Shown here in pieces: positions 55,735 through 64,000 of a stretch of 64,000 nucleotides of DNA; position 1 is the first letter of the stretch, and every line of letters begins with the position of its first letter. The notes under the pieces were generated by a model. The model was not told where the DNA came from. It made no database searches and was given only the letters and a program-made list of their open reading frames with translations. A program made the position numbers and the translations under genes. Source of the stretch: an uncultured Actinomycetota bacterium (lineage in GTDB: Bacteria > Actinomycetota > Actinomycetes > Mycobacteriales > Mycobacteriaceae); assembly GCA_963766945.1 (NCBI GenBank), contig CAVYCT010000039.1:60563-124562 (forward strand). Reading direction: 5' to 3'.

Positions 55735-56203
55735 TCAGCCGAAGTTTCGTGGATCGACCATCAGGTGGGCGGACACGTCGCCGAGCATCTGGATCTCCAC
55801 CTTGCGCTCGGTGAAGTGCCAGCCGCTCTCGTCACGGCCGAACGTGTCGAAATAGCGGCCGACGACGATCGGCTGTATCGGCACGGTCTCGGTGTCCTGC
55901 ACGACGCAGAACGTGGACCTCGAGGTGGCCGTTCGCTCCGGGCTGATCTTGGTGCTGATCTCGACGATCGGGTTCAGCACCAGATGACGGGTGCGTGGTG
56001 TGTTGCCGTGATCGGGATAGCGACGGGTCGTCGCCGCGAACAGCTTGGCGATGTTCTCGGCGCCCGACACTCCCTGCGGCGCCGGTCCCGCCGAACGTCG
56101 CGCGCGAGAGCAGCGCGCCGACGCCGTCGAAATCCCCCGCGTCGATCAGTTCGGCGTAGCGGTACAGCAACTCGGTGATGGCCAACTTGTCCTCGGCGCT
56201 CAT
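55735..56203 (-). CDS. NTF2/SnoaL-like protein, one frameshift
   Basis: [39 protein letters not shown]; ATGA coupling to tsaD. Confidence 0.85.
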
Positions 56204-57225
56204 GCCACCTGTCCTTTCACCACCGGCAGGCCCGGGTCGCTGGCGGCGTCCAGCGGCGACGGCGCCGCCCCCGCGGCGATCAGATGTGCCGCGAACGAGG
56301 CGATCATCGCGCCGTTGTCGGTGCACAGCCGCGGCCGCGGGATCCGCAGCGTCAGTCCCGCGGCGGCGCAGCGTTCCTCGGCCAGCTCACGCAGCCGCGA
56401 GTTGGCCGCCACGCCGCCGGCGATCAACAGCGTCGACACCCCAAGCTCTTTCGCTGCGCGGACGGCCTTGCGGGTCAACACATCGGCGACGGCTTCCTGG
56501 AAACCCGCGGCCACGTCGGCCGTTGCGGCGTCTGGGTGGCTCTCGACGTAGCGCGCGACGGCTGTCTTGAGCCCCGAGAAGCTGAACGCATAGGGGTCGT
56601 CGCGCGGACCGGTCATGCCGCGCGGGAAGACGATCGCGTCGCGGTCACCCGTGCGCGCCAGGTCGTCGAGCACCTTGCCGCCTGGATAGCCCAGACCGAG
56701 CAGCCGGGCGATCTTGTCGTAGGCCTCACCCGCCGCGTCGTCGACGGTGCTGCCGAGTTCGACGATCGGCTCACCCAGCGACCGCACGTGCAGCAGGTTG
56801 GTGTGTCCGCCCGACACCAGCAGGCCCACGCTCTCCGGCAGCGGGCCGTGGTCGTAGACGTCGGCCGCCAGGTGGCCGCCGAGGTGGTTGACGGCATAGA
56901 ACGGCACGCCCCATGCGGCCGAATACGCCTTGGCGGCAGCGACTCCCACCAGCAGGGCGCCCGCCAGCCCTGGGCCGATCGTGGCGGCGACGATGTCGGG
57001 CTTGGCCACGCCCGCCGCCTCGAGGGCGCGGCGCATCGTCGGGCCCAGCGCCTCCAGATGTGCGCGCGACGCGATCTCGGGCACGACGCCGCCGAACCGG
57101 GCGTGCTCGTCGACACTGGAGGCCACCTCATCGGCCAGCAGCTTCACGGTGCCGTCGGCGCTCAGCTCGGCGATGCCCACGCCGGTTTCGTCGCAGGAGC
57201 TTTCGATGGCGAGGATGACTGTCAT
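56200..57225 (-). CDS. tsaD: t6A threonylcarbamoyltransferase TsaD
   Basis: [54 protein letters not shown]. Confidence 0.97.
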   Translation of the reverse strand: MTVILAIESSCDETGVGIAELSADGTVKLLADEVASSVDEHARFGGVVPEIASRAHLEALGPTMRRALEAAGVAKPDIVAATIGPGLAGALLVGVAAAKAYSAAWGVPFYAVNHLGGHLAADVYDHGPLPESVGLLVSGGHTNLLHVRSLGEPIVELGSTVDDAAGEAYDKIARLLGLGYPGGKVLDDLARTGDRDAIVFPRGMTGPRDDPYAFSFSGLKTAVARYVESHPDAATADVAAGFQEAVADVLTRKAVRAAKELGVSTLLIAGGVAANSRLRELAEERCAAAGLTLRIPRPRLCTDNGAMIASFAAHLIAAGAAPSPLDAASDPGLPVVKGQVA

Positions 57226-57674
57226 GACGGATCTCGTCGCATCGTATAGGCGTCGGCGCCGCTGGCGCGGTAATAGCGCTTGCGCAGGCCGACGTTGACG
57301 AAGCCGAAGCTCTCGTACAGCCCGATCGCGGCCGCGTTGTCGGTGCGGACCTCGAGGAAAACCACGCCGCCGGAGGCCAATTCGAGCAGCCGGGTCAACA
57401 GGCCCCTGCCGATTCCCTGACCCTGGTATGCCGGGTCGACGCCGATGGTGTGGATCTCGTACTCGTACGGCCGCTTTCGGCCGAGGCGCGCGACGCCGGC
57501 GTATCCCACGACCAAGTCCTCGGCACGCGCCGCGACGTAGTGGTTGTGCTTGGCCTCGAGCTCGGCGAGGAAAGCCCTTGCGGGCCAAGGGTCGTCGCCG
57601 TCGAACAGCTGCGCCTCCAGCTCCGCGCAGCGGGCCGCGTCCGCCGGGGTCAACTTTCCGTAGACGATGGTCAT
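57222..57674 (-). CDS. rimI: Ribosomal protein alanine N-acetyltransferase RimI
   Basis: [29 protein letters not shown]. Confidence 0.94.
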   Translation of the reverse strand: MTIVYGKLTPADAARCAELEAQLFDGDDPWPARAFLAELEAKHNHYVAARAEDLVVGYAGVARLGRKRPYEYEIHTIGVDPAYQGQGIGRGLLTRLLELASGGVVFLEVRTDNAAAIGLYESFGFVNVGLRKRYYRASGADAYTMRRDPS

Positions 57675-58263
57675 CGAGCGGCCACCTGCTGCGGTTTGGC
57701 GTCGGGGCGGCGCAGGTACAGCGGAATCAGCGGTGCGGGCTCGGCTGCTCCAATCGGCGACGGCACGCACCAGCCCGGCCGCGGCGGGATACACGGGCGG
57801 GCGGGCGAAGGCTTCGACCGCGCCGGGCACATCGGCAGGCGCGTCAACGGCGGGACCGTCGACACGCACGCCGTCGCGGTACCGCGCCCAGTACACCTCG
57901 CGACGGCGGGCGTCGGTGACGACGAGCAGCTCGCCGGTGGTGCCGCCGCCGATCGCGTCGAGGCTGCACACACCGTGCACCGGCACACCGAGCGCGTGGC
58001 CGAACGCCGCGGCGGTGGCCATGCCGACCCGCAGGCCGGTGAACGGCCCCGGTCCGCAACCGACGACCACCGCGTCGAGATCGTCGGCGCTCACCTCGGC
58101 GTCGGCGAGTGCGGCGACCACGTTCGGCGTCAGCTGCTCGGCGTGCGCGCGGGCGTCGACCGTGACGCGCTCGGCCAGCACCTCGAGAGCTGTCGCCGTC
58201 GCGACGGACCACACCGGCGGTCACCGCGGGGGTTGCGGTGTCGATGGCCAAGATGAGGGTCAC
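57671..58263 (-). CDS. tsaB: t6A biogenesis protein TsaB, frameshifted
   Basis: [45 protein letters not shown]. Confidence 0.93.
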
Positions 58264-58729
58264 GGCGTGCTCCACTGCCAGACGGCCGTGCGCACTTCGG
58301 TGTCCGAGCCGCGTTCGAGCCGGACGTCGAGGTGGTTCTCCGAGAGTCGCTCGGCCAGTCCCTCGCCCCACTCGACGACCACCACCGCGTCCTCGAGATC
58401 GGTGTCCAGATCCAGCGAGTCGAGCTCGGCGAGCAGGTCGACAGACGGCTGGTCGAGCAGGCGGTACAAGTCGACATGGATCATGGCCGGGGCATTCGGG
58501 CGCCGTGCCCGGTGCACGCGGGCAAGCACGAACGTCGGCGAGATCACCGGCCCCTCGACATCCATCGCCTGCGCGATTCCCTTGGCCAGCACCGTCTTTC
58601 CGGCGCCCAGCGGCCCGGACACCACGACGACGTCGCCCGCGCGCAGCTGCTCGCCAAGCCGGGCGCCGAGCGCGACGGTGTCCGGTGGCGGTCGGCAGTT
58701 CGGCCGTACCGCGCGGCGCGCTCAGCCAT
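58260..58729 (-). CDS. tsaE: t6A biogenesis ATPase TsaE, frameshifted near 5' end
   Basis: GPLGAGKT, SPTFVL, HVDLYRL, VVEWG. Confidence 0.93.
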
Positions 58730-59819
58730 GGTTCCGAACCCGGTCGCGCACGCGCCGGGTGAGCGCGACGAGCTTGGAGGGGGTGGCGCGCTCGACAAGA
58801 CGGACCAGTGCGTCGTCGATGAACTCGGGCTGTTCGAGCTGCACGAGATGCCCTGCGCCATCGACGATCACCAGCTCGGACTTCGGCAGCGCGTCGGCCA
58901 TGTTCTGCGAGTACTCCATCGGGGTGAGCAGGTCGTGGTCGCCGCACGCGATCAGTGTGGGCACCTTCGCCAGCGTGGCCAGCCCCTCGGTTTCGTCGTG
59001 GACTTCAAGCGCATGCAGGAACTCGACCAGCGTCTCGATCGGGGTGTCGTGCATCATCTTCTCGGAGAAGGCTCCGACGCTCGGGCTGACCTTCTCGTCG
59101 CCGTAGGACGCCGCGCGCAGGATCGGCCCGATCACCGACTTGGCGGCGCCGCGGGTGCGGTGCACCGTTTTCGGGGCGTGCCGTACCGCGAAGCGGGCCG
59201 CCTCCAGCGCCGGGTTCTTGAGGATCTCGCCAAGCGGCGAGCGTGAAACCCCTTCGGCCGCAGACGCGATCAGCGCCGCACCCACCACCCGGGTGGGATA
59301 ACGCTGCGGGAACTGCCTCGCGTGCGACAGCACCGTCATGCCGCCCATCGAATGCCCGACCAGCACCACGGGCCCGCGAGGCGCCATCACGGCCAGCACG
59401 GTCTCCAGATCCTTGCCGAGCTGCTCCACGGTGTAGGAGTCCGGCGTGCCGTTGCCCGACTGTCCGTGGCCACGCTGGTCGTAGAACACCATCCGCACCT
59501 GCGCGCCCCACTGCTCGGTCAACCGGGCGCGCTGAAAGTGGAAGGCGCCCATCCGCAGACAGAAGCCGTGCGCGAAAACCACCGTCAGCGGGGCGTCCTT
59601 CGGCCCCACCTCGCGGACCGCCAACGGCACACCGTCGGCGGTGGTGACGACGACGCCGGGGTCGTCATCGAGAAGGTCGAACTGCTCGTCCTCGAAGGGA
59701 TCGTCGGTGGTGATCCGCCGGCGCAGCGATTGCGCCACCGACACCCCGACAGCGCTGCCGACCGCGGTGACGCCGGCCGCACCCGCCAGCCAGCGAGCAC
59801 CCGCCTTGCGATCGCTCAA
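58722..59819 (-). CDS. Alpha/beta hydrolase (lipase-like)
   Basis: AHGFCL, DQRGHG, GHSMGG, GAGHLV; position between alr and tsaE. Confidence 0.9.
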   Translation of the reverse strand: MSDRKAGARWLAGAAGVTAVGSAVGVSVAQSLRRRITTDDPFEDEQFDLLDDDPGVVVTTADGVPLAVREVGPKDAPLTVVFAHGFCLRMGAFHFQRARLTEQWGAQVRMVFYDQRGHGQSGNGTPDSYTVEQLGKDLETVLAVMAPRGPVVLVGHSMGGMTVLSHARQFPQRYPTRVVGAALIASAAEGVSRSPLGEILKNPALEAARFAVRHAPKTVHRTRGAAKSVIGPILRAASYGDEKVSPSVGAFSEKMMHDTPIETLVEFLHALEVHDETEGLATLAKVPTLIACGDHDLLTPMEYSQNMADALPKSELVIVDGAGHLVQLEQPEFIDDALVRLVERATPSKLVALTRRVRDRVRNHG

Positions 59820-60983
59820 CGGCCGGCTCCGCGATAGGTCCGCACGACGCGACCGCGTGGGCTCGTAACGACCTCGTAGTTGATGGTGCCCAACAGATCT
59901 GCCCAGTGCTGCGCGGTGGGTTCACCATGCGTGCCCGGCCCGAACAGGATCGCCTCGTCACCTTCGGCGACGTCGCTTTGCGGTCCGACGTCGACCACGA
60001 ACTGGTCCATGCAGATACGCCCGACGCTGCGCCGCAGCTTGCCGTTGATCATCACGTCGATGAGTCCGGACAGGTTGCGGAAGACGCCGTCGGCATAGCC
60101 GATGGGCAGCAGGGCCAGCGTGGTGTCACGGTCGGCGATCCAGGTGTGGCCGTAGGACACGCCTTCACCCGCCTGCACCGGCCGCACCAGCGCCACAGGG
60201 CATTTCAGCGTCATCGCGGGCCGCAAGCCCATGTCGCCACGCTCCGGGATCGGTGTCTGGCCGTACACGGCGATCCCCGGGCGGACCATGTCGTACGCCA
60301 GATCGGGCCGGGTCATCGCCGATGGCGAGTTGCTCAGGTGCACCACCTCGTAGCGGACACCCTGCTCATCAGCCTGCGCCACCATGCCGTTGAGCCGATG
60401 CGCCTGAAGGTCATTGAAGGGGTTGTCGGGGTCGTCGCCGTGTACCAGGTGCGACATGATGCCGCGCACCCGGACCGCGTCCTCGGCTTGTCGCGCGCTT
60501 CAGCGCGGTCAGCATCGCGGGATACTCGGCTGCGCTCACTCCGTTGCGGTTCAGCCCCGTGTCCACCTTGACGGTGACGGTCGCGCTGCGGCCCGTGCGC
60601 GCGACCGCGTCGCGCAGCTCACCGAGTTGGCGCATCGACGACACGGCCATCTCGACGTCCGCCTCGAGCGCCGGAGCGAAGTCGGTGCCGGGCGGATGCA
60701 ACCACGTGAGCACGGGGGCGGTGATGCCGTCGCGGCGCAACGCGAGCGCCTCGTCGATGGTCGCCACCCCGAGTTCCGCCGCGCCCGCGGCCAGGGCCGC
60801 CCGCCCGGCCTGCGTGGCACCGTGCCCATAGCCGTCGGCCTTGACCACCGCCATCACCGCGGCCGCGCCTGCACGCTCACGCAGCAGCCGCACGTTGTGC
60901 GCGATCGCGTCGAGGTCGATGACCGCCTCGGCCGCCGCGTTGGGCGTCACAGATGTCGACAGCTCGGTTGTTTGCATGGTCAT
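59816..60983 (-). CDS. alr: Alanine racemase, one frameshift
   Basis: [52 protein letters not shown]. Confidence 0.96.
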
Positions 60984-61033
60984 GTCACCACGGGCCATTG
61001 TCCCAGAGCCCCGCTACGGGGTTGCCCGCCGGA

Positions 61034-62416
61034 CTAGTGGGCAAACGGCTGCAGCTGGTCGAAGTGGCCCTGCGGCTTGAGCTCGTCGAGCGACTTCAGC
61101 ACGGTGATGATGTCGTCCTTGAGCGCCCTGGCCAGGTCTGCCGAGAAGCCTTCTCGGACCACGATCCGCAGAACGGCGATGTCGTTGGCGTTGTCGGGCA
61201 TCGTGTAGGCGGGCACCTGCCAGCCGTAGGCCCGCAGCGCGTGTGACACATCGAACTCGGTGTATCCGCGATCTCCCGAGAGCCGGAAGCTGACCACCGG
61301 GATCGCCGAACCGTCGGAGATCACCTCGAAGTGCTCGCTCGCCTGCAGTTCGTCGCCGAGCCACCGTGCGGTCTGGGAGAGACTGTTCATCACCTGCGTG
61401 TAACCGCCGCGGCCCAGCCGGAGGAAGTTGTAGTACTGCCCGACGACCTGGTTGCCGCCCTTGGAGAAGTTCAGCGTGAACGTGGGCATGTCGCCGCCGA
61501 GATAGTTCACCCGGAACACGAGTTCCTCGGGCAGGTACTCGGCACTGCGCCACACCACGAACCCGATGCCCGGATACGTCAGGCCGTACTTGTGGCCGCT
61601 GACGTTGATCGACACCACGCGCGGCAGCCGGAAATCCCACGCCACGTCCGGGTGCAGGAACGGCACGACGAATCCGCCGCTGGCCGCATCGACGTGCACG
61701 GGGACATCCACTCCCCCGTCGGAGGCGACCTTGTCGAGCGCCGCGCATATCTCCGCGATGGGCTCGAGCTCACCGGTGTACGTGGTGCCGAGGATGGCGA
61801 CCACACCGATGGTGTCCTCGTTCACGGCGGCGAGGACCTGCTCGGGGGTGATGACGTAGCGGCCCTCTTCCATCGGGAGGTAGATCGGCTCCACGTCGAA
61901 GTAGCGGCAGAACTTCTCCCACACCACCTGGACGTTGGAGCCCATGATCAGATTCGGCGTCCTCTTGCGCCAGTCTTTTCCGACCTTCTCCCGCCACCGC
62001 CAGCTCATCGCCAGCCCCGCGAGCATGACCGCCTCGCTGGATCCGACTGTCGACACCCCGATTGCGCTCGACGGGTCGTCGTCGCGCAGTCCCTCGGCGT
62101 GGAACAGGTCGGCGACCATGCACACACACCGCTGCTCGATGGCCGCGGTCGCGGGGTACTCGTCCTTGTCGATCATGTTCTTGTCGAACGTCTCCGCCAT
62201 CAGCTTCTCGGCCTCTGGGTCCATCCAGGTGGTGACGAAGGTGGCGAGGTTGAGCCGCGAGCTTCCGTCGAGCATCAGCTCGTCGTGGATGAAGCGGTAC
62301 GCCGCACCCGGGTCCATGCACTCGTCGGGCAGCCTCAGCGCCGGCACCGGCGCCATGGAGAACCGCCCGGTGTACGCGGGGGAGATCGATGGTGCCGGGG
62401 TGTGCCTCGATGGCAT
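61034..62416 (-). CDS. gadB: Glutamate decarboxylase
   Basis: NLATFVTTWM, IDKDEYP, HVDAASGGF, SGHKYGL, GWQVPAY. Confidence 0.96.
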   Translation of the reverse strand: MPSRHTPAPSISPAYTGRFSMAPVPALRLPDECMDPGAAYRFIHDELMLDGSSRLNLATFVTTWMDPEAEKLMAETFDKNMIDKDEYPATAAIEQRCVCMVADLFHAEGLRDDDPSSAIGVSTVGSSEAVMLAGLAMSWRWREKVGKDWRKRTPNLIMGSNVQVVWEKFCRYFDVEPIYLPMEEGRYVITPEQVLAAVNEDTIGVVAILGTTYTGELEPIAEICAALDKVASDGGVDVPVHVDAASGGFVVPFLHPDVAWDFRLPRVVSINVSGHKYGLTYPGIGFVVWRSAEYLPEELVFRVNYLGGDMPTFTLNFSKGGNQVVGQYYNFLRLGRGGYTQVMNSLSQTARWLGDELQASEHFEVISDGSAIPVVSFRLSGDRGYTEFDVSHALRAYGWQVPAYTMPDNANDIAVLRIVVREGFSADLARALKDDIITVLKSLDELKPQGHFDQLQPFAH

Positions 62417-62435
62417 GGCGGTCCTTTCGTAGCGG

Positions 62436-63875
62436 TCAGAGACTGGCAACGGCAGCGCGTACGTGCGCAAGAATTCGTGACGCTGACGTCGGAGCCGGAC
62501 TAGGTCCGGGATCGGCGGCGGCCAGGTTGGCCGCGCGGGCGTGGACGAACGCGGCCGCAGCGGCGGCCTGGGCGGCCGGCAGCCCGGCGGCCAGCAGCGC
62601 GCCGATGATGCCCGACAGCACATCTCCGGAACCGGCTGTGGCGGCCCAGGATTGGCCCGCGGAGTTGAGGTAGACGGGCGCTGCGCTGCTGCCCACCGAA
62701 CCCGGATCGGCGATCACGGTGACGTTGCCCTTCAGCAGCACGGTGGCGCCGAGGTGGTCGGCCAGCCTGCGGGCCGCGCCGACGCGATCGTCGCCGGGCG
62801 GCGACCCGGCGAGGCGCGCGAACTCTCCGGCATGCGGAGTCAATACGGTGGGCGCGCGCCGGTTGGCGACGAGATCGGGGTGCGCGGACAGGATGGTCAG
62901 CCCGTCGGCGTCGACGATCACCGGAAGGTCGGTCTCCAACGCGAACCACAGCGCGGCCGCGCCGGTCTCGTCGGTGCCGAGTCCGGGTCCGACGACCCAC
63001 GACTGCACTCGTCCGGCGGACGCTGCACTGGGCGCCGCGACGACCTCCGGCCAATGCGAAACGACCTCGGCGGCAGCACTTCCCGCGTATCGGACCATTC
63101 CGGACGTCGCGGCGACGGCGGCTCCGGTGCACAGCACCGCGGCACCGGGATACGTCGCGGACCCGGCCAGCACACCGGTGACGCCCTGGGTGTACTTGTC
63201 GTCCTTGGGCCCGGGCACCGGCCAGCACGCCGCGACATCGGCGGTTTCGAGCCCGAGCATGTCCGACGGCTTCAGATCCAGCCCGATGTCGATCAGCTCG
63301 ACTCGTCCGCAATCACCAAGCGCATGAACGGGTTTGAGACCACCGAACGTCACGGTCAACGCGGCGTTCACGTGTGGGCCGTCGGCGCCGCCCGTCTGTA
63401 CATCCACGCCGCTGGGGATGTCGACGGCGACCACGGGCACGCCCGCGGCGTCGACGGCGGCGAACACCTCGGCCGCGTTCGGCCGCAGCGGCCCCGAGCC
63501 GGAGATGCCGACGACGCCGTCGATCACCAGATCGGTTGCCGCCGGGAGGCTTTCGACGATGCGCCCACCCGCGTGGGTGAATGCCGCGAGCGCCTTCTCG
63601 TGGGTGCGTTCGGGCTTGAGCAGGATCGCGGCTACTGCCGCACCGCGACGGCGCAGGAACGTCGCCGCCCACAGCGCGTCACCGCCGTTGTCACCGGACC
63701 CGACGACCGCGCAGATCCGGCGGCCGGCGATGCCGCCGGTGAGCAGGACGAGTTCGCGGGCGATCGCGGTGGCCAGGCCGTTGGCGGCGCGTCGCATCAG
63801 GGCACCGTCGGGCAGGCTCGCCAACAGCGGCGCTTCTGCCTCGCGAATTTCGCCGGCGGTGTAGTAGTGCCGCAT
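62436..63875 (-). CDS. nnr: Bifunctional NAD(P)H-hydrate epimerase/dehydratase
   Basis: GSGDNGGD, AVDIPSG, KYTQG, VDADGL, TPHAGEFARL, ATAGSGDVLSG. Confidence 0.95.
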   Translation of the reverse strand: MRHYYTAGEIREAEAPLLASLPDGALMRRAANGLATAIARELVLLTGGIAGRRICAVVGSGDNGGDALWAATFLRRRGAAVAAILLKPERTHEKALAAFTHAGGRIVESLPAATDLVIDGVVGISGSGPLRPNAAEVFAAVDAAGVPVVAVDIPSGVDVQTGGADGPHVNAALTVTFGGLKPVHALGDCGRVELIDIGLDLKPSDMLGLETADVAACWPVPGPKDDKYTQGVTGVLAGSATYPGAAVLCTGAAVAATSGMVRYAGSAAAEVVSHWPEVVAAPSAASAGRVQSWVVGPGLGTDETGAAALWFALETDLPVIVDADGLTILSAHPDLVANRRAPTVLTPHAGEFARLAGSPPGDDRVGAARRLADHLGATVLLKGNVTVIADPGSVGSSAAPVYLNSAGQSWAATAGSGDVLSGIIGALLAAGLPAAQAAAAAAFVHARAANLAAADPGPSPAPTSASRILAHVRAAVASL

Positions 63876-63918
63876 CGCTGCCCTACGTTACGGGTCGAAG
63901 CTGGGCATTCGCCCGGTT

Positions 63919-64000
63919 TCACGTCGGGCGATGCACAACCCGCCCGATCGTCGCGGCGGCTTCTCGCAGCCGGTCCGGTGTGTGCGCCGCATAGCCGACG
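63919..64000 (-). CDS. C-terminal fragment of a gene entering from outside the window, possibly a MocR-like regulator
   Basis: VGYAAHTPDRLREAAATIGRVVHRPT* resembles MocR C-termini; only 27 codons visible. Confidence 0.4.
   Translation of the reverse strand, partial: VGYAAHTPDRLREAAATIGRVVHRPT

Noticed and set aside
57222-58214. TsaB-RimI fusion (330 aa ORF)
   Set aside because: The TsaB C-terminal PLYLRRPDA lies in another frame and ends in an ATGA overlap with rimI; frameshift artefact

Overview
High-GC actinobacterial chromosome segment, almost certainly from a rapidly growing Mycobacterium/Mycolicibacterium. Gene order follows the M. tuberculosis Rv3364c-Rv3433c region: conservon start, trmL, dnaE2, htdY/acrA1/iunH, imuB/imuA', guaA, choD, guaB3/guaB2, rsdA/sigD, whiB3, groEL1/groES, tsaD-rimI-tsaB-tsaE, alr, gadB, nnr. 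Accessory blocks are inserted between the core genes: DUF222/DUF899/SRPBCC, ohrR-ohr, an esterase-SDR-diiron-BVMO-MerR operon, a methyltransferase/TetR pair, and an ~11 kb island between whiB3 and groEL1. About half of the genes carry single-base frameshifts, including normally essential ones (alr, tsaB, tsaE). These are read as uncorrected sequencing/assembly indels, and genes are reported over their reconstructed spans. No rRNA, tRNA, CRISPR array, prophage or IS transposase was recognised, and I could not establish a clearly new biological system. The best leads are: (i) a perfect 3x35 bp MIRU-like repeat at the dnaE2 stop forming a chain of ATGA-coupled 12-aa mini-ORFs, which also removes the stop of the convergent F420 gene; (ii) a DNA-damage neighbourhood with three LexA boxes, a PafBC-like promoter and an OhrR box; (iii) two uncharacterised regulator-linked catabolic operons with readable candidate operators. 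Homology calls come from recalled motifs and synteny, not database searches.
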